In this document: piece after piece, positions 58,705 to 64,000 of the stretch
Numbering within the stretch: position 1 is the stretch's first letter
Layout of the letters: each line of letters begins with the position of its first letter
Assembly (NCBI GenBank): GCA_013178125.1
Contig: JABLXJ010000008.1
Span: 78,305-142,304, forward strand
DNA length: 64,000 bases
Reading direction: 5' to 3'
Origin: Bacillota bacterium
GTDB lineage: Bacteria > Bacillota > SHA-98 > Ch115 > JABLXJ01
Notes under the pieces: model-generated
What the model was told of the DNA's origin: nothing
The model's input: only the letters and a program-made list of their open reading frames with translations
Database searches by the model: none
Program-made: the position numbers and the translations under genes

Positions 58705-59715
58705 TCAGTAACCTTCAAAAGCTGCCTCCACCATAGCTTTAAAGTTCAACGGATTCACGTAATCCGGTACGGTATTGCTGGAGCCGACACAGTAACCTCC
58801 ATTGTAACCTAGCTTTTCGATACGATCTCGCACCAGCAGCCGTACCTGTTCCGGGGTCCCACGACTCAACAGGTCTACATCGATATTACCGATAAGACAG
58901 AATTGATGCCCCCTCTTGGCTTTCACCTCCTCTGCATCCATAGATTTGGGTTCTAGGGGATGAATTGCTGACACACCGATATCGACGAAATCATCAAAGA
59001 CCTCCCACAAATTGCCATCGGTATGGTACAGGAATGGCACCCCTAGTTGTTTCGCCAGGACAGAGATCTTTTTCATCCAAGGGAACAGATGACCCCGCAG
59101 AAATTCGGGGTTGACCAATAAACCAGATCCGAACGCGATATCATCGGTATACCAAATGGCACCGACCGCCTCACCCGCAAGTTCAACCGCTCTCCTATTA
59201 ACCTCATAGACGGCGTGCCCCAGCTGTTGCATGAGCTCGGCCACAAGCTCCGGTTGTTCATATAGGGAAAGGCAGAAATGGGTATACCCCATATGGGTCC
59301 ATGCTTTTGTGAAAATGTCGCCGGTAGACAGGATGATCTTCATGTCCTGTGGAAGGTGTTTCTTTACATCAATCAAAAGAGAATAGTCGACGTTGTCCAG
59401 CTCGGTGCGCCAAGGCCAGTTCCTTTCTCTCAGATCCTCCCAAGTTCGCAGTACTCCTACGCTTTCAATAGAAGCATCTCTATGGTCAATGGCATCGAAT
59501 CTGTAATCCGGCCGAACATGTACGTAATCATATCCGGCTTTTACCCAAAACTCCACTTCATCTGCCGCAGTCTGCAAGGGATGTTCAATTACCAATTCTT
59601 TGATTTCTTTGGCAATAAGAAATTCCCCCAAGGGTGGGCGATCGGACCGCCCCTCTAAGGTGAGGGATCTACGAATCCGATTGAAGTCAGGCTCCGGCTT
59701 GATGCTTAGTTTCAC
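58705..59715 (-). CDS. Uroporphyrinogen decarboxylase (URO-D) family protein (MtaA/CmuA-like fold)
   Basis: IWYTDDIA, FLYHTDGN, IHPLEP, GNIDV..LSRGTPEQV are recurring URO-D family segments. 336 aa. Confidence 0.65.
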   Translation of the reverse strand: MKLSIKPEPDFNRIRRSLTLEGRSDRPPLGEFLIAKEIKELVIEHPLQTAADEVEFWVKAGYDYVHVRPDYRFDAIDHRDASIESVGVLRTWEDLRERNWPWRTELDNVDYSLLIDVKKHLPQDMKIILSTGDIFTKAWTHMGYTHFCLSLYEQPELVAELMQQLGHAVYEVNRRAVELAGEAVGAIWYTDDIAFGSGLLVNPEFLRGHLFPWMKKISVLAKQLGVPFLYHTDGNLWEVFDDFVDIGVSAIHPLEPKSMDAEEVKAKRGHQFCLIGNIDVDLLSRGTPEQVRLLVRDRIEKLGYNGGYCVGSSNTVPDYVNPLNFKAMVEAAFEGY

Positions 59716-60730
59716 TAGGGTTCCCCCTCGTTTCGGTAGTATTTCGGGGTATAAGTATGCCGGGAATCAGCGTTTGGCTGCCACTGCTGTCCCCTGTACA
59801 CATATCCAATAACATAGTGACTGCTTTCTCCACAATAAGGTCGGACTGTACATCAAAAGCGGTGATTCCTGGCTGGCTCATTTCATCCAAATCTCCCCCC
59901 ATATAGCCAATGACAGCTACTTCGTCAGGGATATTAATCCCCGCCTGTAAAGCTTCCTGGACAAACTGGAAACGGGTCGTGCCTTCACTGATGAGAATCC
60001 CGTCAAATTCTTGATGACGGCTGATTAGATATCTAATAGCCCGTCTCCGCTCATTTTGTTTGCCTGTGCTCCACACACAGAGAGAATGATCGATATCCAA
60101 CCCTGCTTGCTGGCAATTCTTGATCAACTCCTGATAAATGCGAAGATCAACAGCTACCGAAGATCTTCGGCCCAGATGGGCTATACGCCGGCATCCCCTA
60201 CCAAACAGGTGCTGAACCGCTTCACGGATAATTTGCTCTACGTCCGCATCGACGTAGGCGAGGCCATCATTATTAGCGCAACGGCCTACCAAAACAAAGG
60301 GGACTTCGCGGCTCTTGAGGACCGGGATCCGCGGGTCAATCATTTCTACTTCAAAAACCAGGAACCCGTCCACCTGGCCGCCTTCAACTACTTGTTCTAT
60401 TCCGGTAATCCTCGATTGTGATTCTTGATTCGGGTATAGTGTTACGTAATACCCCCGTTTTCTCGCGCATATTATGACCTGAGATATAAACTCAAGATAG
60501 CTTTCTCCAGGGTGATTATCTGGATCAAAGGGGTACAATACCCCGATTGAGTTATTGCTTCCCCTGGCCAAAGTGCGAGCGGCGTGGTTGGGAACGTAGC
60601 CGAGGTTCTGCATGGCCATCTCTACCCGACGACACAGTTCGGGGCGTACGGAAGGTTTGCCATTGATCACATTGGATACTGTCCCCACCGATACTTTAGC
60701 TGCTCTTGCTATATCGTAGATCGTAGGCAT
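59687..60730 (-). CDS. LacI-family transcriptional regulator
   Basis: MPTIYDIARAAKVSVGTVSNVINGKPSVRP HTH. Periplasmic-binding-fold C-domain. Start at the internal ATG at 60730 after GGAAGGG. Confidence 0.9.
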   Translation of the reverse strand: MPTIYDIARAAKVSVGTVSNVINGKPSVRPELCRRVEMAMQNLGYVPNHAARTLARGSNNSIGVLYPFDPDNHPGESYLEFISQVIICARKRGYYVTLYPNQESQSRITGIEQVVEGGQVDGFLVFEVEMIDPRIPVLKSREVPFVLVGRCANNDGLAYVDADVEQIIREAVQHLFGRGCRRIAHLGRRSSVAVDLRIYQELIKNCQQAGLDIDHSLCVWSTGKQNERRRAIRYLISRHQEFDGILISEGTTRFQFVQEALQAGINIPDEVAVIGYMGGDLDEMSQPGITAFDVQSDLIVEKAVTMLLDMCTGDSSGSQTLIPGILIPRNTTETRGNPSETKHQAGA

Positions 60731-61092
60731 CTTTTTCCCTTCCATCCCTTTTCAATGAAGCGCTTCATTTATATAGTAGCATTGTTAATTCTTGTAGTCA
60801 AGAGGATGAATACTGGTACTGGACTTATGATATGAGGCCCCACTATATGGAATGCGGCAGCTAGCTGGGAGTCTGTGCTAGAAACAGATGGCATGGAAAG
60901 AGTCGCAAAATTACTTCTTTGGCTATCCACTTGCCGTGCGTTGGTTCCGTTAGAGCTAGGGCAAGCGTCTGGAGTGATTGAGAGTGTCAGAGGTGGGCTG
61001 TGTGCTACCAAGACGGTACGCACCGATAGCGCCGTATTGGTACCGGCGCTCGTATAAGAAGTCTCTTTGCTGGAACCCGGCACTTCATAGGC

Positions 61093-62931
61093 TCATGGAG
61101 AAGGGTCGATTCCGTAACGCTCCAGGATACACGCCACGAAGTCGTGATCTTCCTGGGGTCCCTTAAGCCTCATCCCTGATAGGATCCCGAGTTCCGTAAC
61201 ATCCAAAATGCCATATGAACCTTGATAAAAGACGATAATCTTGTCCATATTGGCGCTGGCAAGCTGGCGGCGCCAGCGTGCCATACCTACTTCCTGAAAG
61301 GGATCAGATTCCTTCCGGCTACCATTCCTTGTGGAGGCAAGAGGCTTAGATGATCCATCCAGGCCTTCTTGAGTAGGCCAGAGCTCGGCATCAAGGCCTG
61401 ATACGCCCTATACGCCTGTACGGGAGCGAACGTGGCAAGGACCATGTAGATATGGTTATATACAGCATTGAGGAATTTCTTAGGGATGATGCCAAGCCCA
61501 AATGCCTGTTTGCCCTCGTGGTGGAGGAGGTTTTCTATGTTGCTCCTCTCATCGTAACCGTCAAAGGCAACAAATGGATCATCAACCGGCCCATTGGTGA
61601 GAAAGACAGTCTTGCCTGCGGGACCAGAATCTTTGCTATCCCACTTCCTCACCACCACGACGTCTATAGGCTGAGGAATATGGTCTTTTCGGAATATATG
61701 GTTTACCTCTTCTTGAGGGCAATACTGATCGTAAGTACAGAGACCTTCTATCCCTACAAGCTCGGTAAGGAGGCGTTCGGTAGTCTTGGCGCTGCCATAG
61801 CCGTGGGAGACTTCAGTTGTGCGGCTTGCGACATGCCCCTCACCAGATGAGGCAATGGATCTTGCGTCACATGTCACACGCATATTGTCTTTAGCTGGGG
61901 TGACGAAGGTGATGCGCATCTTATCCAGTTCATATAGCGTTGGACCATCTAAGAACCCCTTATCGAAGAAAAGACGGGTTATCTTCGCGTAGGACCCGAT
62001 GTTTTCCTGGGCCTTACGGACGAGTTCGAGGGTGTAGTTCACCTCGTGCTCGTTTATCTTAACTATCTTCGCCGCAAGGGGGGATACGGCCTTTTTGCCA
62101 AAGCACCATTATGAGCTTAAAGCCATGGACAACGACCTCGACCTCCTGGATTTTACCGTGCTTGTCTACGACCTTTTGTTTTCGGATGACCGTGCCGCAG
62201 TCGTCCTTGGGAAAGCTATCAGGGACTATGAGGTCGGTTGCGTCGATTATCGTGTAGAGCTCCTCATCCAGGAGCGCACTTCTCGCGATTAGGGAGATAA
62301 GGATATTAAGAAGCGCTTCAGCTTTCTCGATAGAAAACCTCTCCATGACATTTGCCAGGGTCTGCGGGGAAAATGGGGTCGGTTTCTCTTTGCCCTGGGC
62401 GCGGCTATGATGACCTCGATTACAGATACCATCCTTAAGCACCTGGGCATTAAATCCGAGTAGTTCCATGGCAGACGCCCATGCCGCTACGCAGAACCAT
62501 CAGGTAAAGGAAAATCCCCTGATGCGGGTGGAGCTATTTTCAGGGTAGACCCCCCATGCCGCATAAGCGGCACCACCAGAGAATGAAAATGACCTCTGTA
62601 AGATTATTTTCAGGGTAGCGCAATTGGCGAAAAGCATCTCCGGCATGGCGTTCATGGAAGGGATGTCGAGGAGGATTTTGGTCATGTAAGTCAGGGTAAA
62701 CTGCACCAGGGGAAGGATCATGCGCTTATATGACACGATGTTGAATCTTTTCAAAGCATCCATGAAGCCGATGTGATTCATGAAGACAAGGAGGCCATCG
62801 AGGAGGCCGGCTGAATCTAGGGTATGGAGGGAATCGATCTCCTCGCGGTCATAAATGGCCTTGGCGACCCGGTTATCGTCGCGGGTTGCAAATCTAAGAG
62901 TTATTGTGGAATTAGTGGTAGTTTCAGTCAT
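61093..62931 (-). pseudogene. Frameshift-disrupted DDE transposase (IS4/IS1634-superfamily-like), in three or four ORF fragments
   Basis: Consecutive same-strand ORFs 62500..62931, 62059..62469, 61287..62042 (+61093..61284) read as N-terminal, middle (IIDATDL, first catalytic D) and C-terminal (YDERSNIENLL) parts of one transposase. ~47% GC. Confidence 0.55.
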
Positions 62932-63396
62932 ATGAGTATATCTTCCGCCTAAGCAATAGCGCCCAAAGTGTTTTATATCAGGACATTCGACATAAAGGAG
63001 GGAGTACCTCTGGTAATTATTGTAAATCGATAATAATATTTTATGTTTTGAGAAGGCTTCAATGGTGCACTGGGGTATAATTGACGGATGGTAAAGATCT
63101 GGAAGGTTATATCAAAAGTCCAGATACTGGTAAACACCTCAAAATCGCGGACCCAATTCGCTTGGGCTAAAGCCGGTGTAGCGTTTGAAGACCTTAGAGA
63201 AATAGTGGGGGTCACTGAAGCCCATCTGCCGTTGAACAGTAAACCCTCACAAAACGCCCTATTCGCAAAACCTGGATCAAGCGTGACAAGGCTTTTCGGG
63301 ATCACGTATCGTAGGTAAAACGAAAACTTGTAGTAACAAATAATATAGGATTCTTTCTTGACTAGATGAGGCAGTTAGCTATATAATATAGCTACA

Positions 63397-64000
63397 ATGT
63401 ATATCCGAACTGTCACTGCAAAAACCAAAAATGGCCCGCTGGAATACGTCCAGCTCGCCCACAACCACCGGGACCCGGCAACCGGGATCTCCAAGACCCA
63501 GGTCCTGTTCAACTTCGGGCGTGCCGACCATCTCGACCTTGAAGCCGTAAGGCGCCTCATAAAAAGCCTTTCCAAGCTTCTGGGGCCGGACGAAGCAGCC
63601 GAGATCCATAAACAGCTTGGCGAGGACTACGGCTTCGAGTTCCTCGGCTCCCGCCAATTCGGCGGCCCCTGGCTCCTAGACGGTATGTGGAAGAGGCTTC
63701 GCATCGACACTGTCCTCAAAAGGCTCCTCGCTAATAGGGACTATCGGACTCCCGTGGAGCGGTCGATCTTCGCCATGGTAGCCAACCGGGCGTTAAATCC
63801 CGGGAGCAAGTTGAGCATCGAGGACTGGACAGCCCAGGAAGTTTTGATAGACGGACTGCCAGAGGCCGAGGTCCATCAGCTTTATCGAGCCATGGACTTC
63901 CTGCTAGAAGCCGCGCCGGAGATCCAAAAGGAAGTCTTCTTTTCCGTTGCCAACCTCTTCAACCTGGAAGTCGACCTCATCTTCCTGGACACGACCACCA
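63397..64000 (+). mobile_element. IS1634-family transposase gene, 5' part (runs off window end)
   Basis: Manual translation from the ATG at 63397: MYIRTVTAKTKNGPLEYVQLAHNHRDPATGISKTQVLFNFGRADHLDLEAVRRL... This matches the characteristic IS1634 N-terminus (M.vR..k.K.G..Y.qiveSyR..Gk.kq.vl.nLG). Open to position 64000. Confidence 0.65.

Noticed and set aside
62973-63318. Overlapping 110-aa (-) and 76-aa (+) ORFs between the two IS elements
   Set aside because: No recognisable domain and mutually exclusive. The region is probably IS terminal/flanking sequence.

Overview
High-GC (~60-65%) chromosomal window, most likely from a spore-forming Firmicute whose sporulation and housekeeping locus is syntenic with Bacillus subtilis. 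On the minus strand the order is csfB(Gin), yaaO-like decarboxylase, darA, holB, yaaT/ricT, rsmI, abrB, metG, tatD, yabE, rsmA/ksgA, yabG, veg, followed by cwlD and two glycosyltransferases. Two things interrupt this synteny: a predicted outer-membrane beta-barrel protein between tatD and yabE, which suggests a diderm sporulating lineage, and a ~12 kb sugar-utilisation module between Gin and the decarboxylase. That module is MFS, ABC transporter, Gfo/Idh/MocA, sugar-P isomerase, PIG-L deacetylase, ROK regulator and a second MFS. The middle of the window is an apparently uncharacterised catabolic module: a sigma54/PrpR-type activator divergent from a cyclic amidohydrolase, TctCBA tripartite tricarboxylate transporter, DHOD-like flavoenzyme and class II aldolase/adducin-like enzyme. 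Directly downstream is a split Na+-translocating oxaloacetate-type decarboxylase (OadG, free BCCP, OadB, OadA carboxyltransferase). The most unusual non-coding structure is a helically phased array of eight 17-bp palindromes (consensus TGCCAAGATTCTTGGCA) in the convergent intergenic region after oadA. The 3' third contains a DUF355-like gene, xylB, tRNA-Gln(TTG) followed by an AbiEii/MenT-like nucleotidyltransferase toxin pair, sugar kinases, and a lower-GC (~50%) cassette. The cassette is LacI, a URO-D-like protein, a sugar ABC transporter and a second URO-D-like protein, bounded by a frameshifted transposase and the 5' end of an IS1634-family transposase running off the window. Functional assignments come from motif recognition by eye only; no searches were run.
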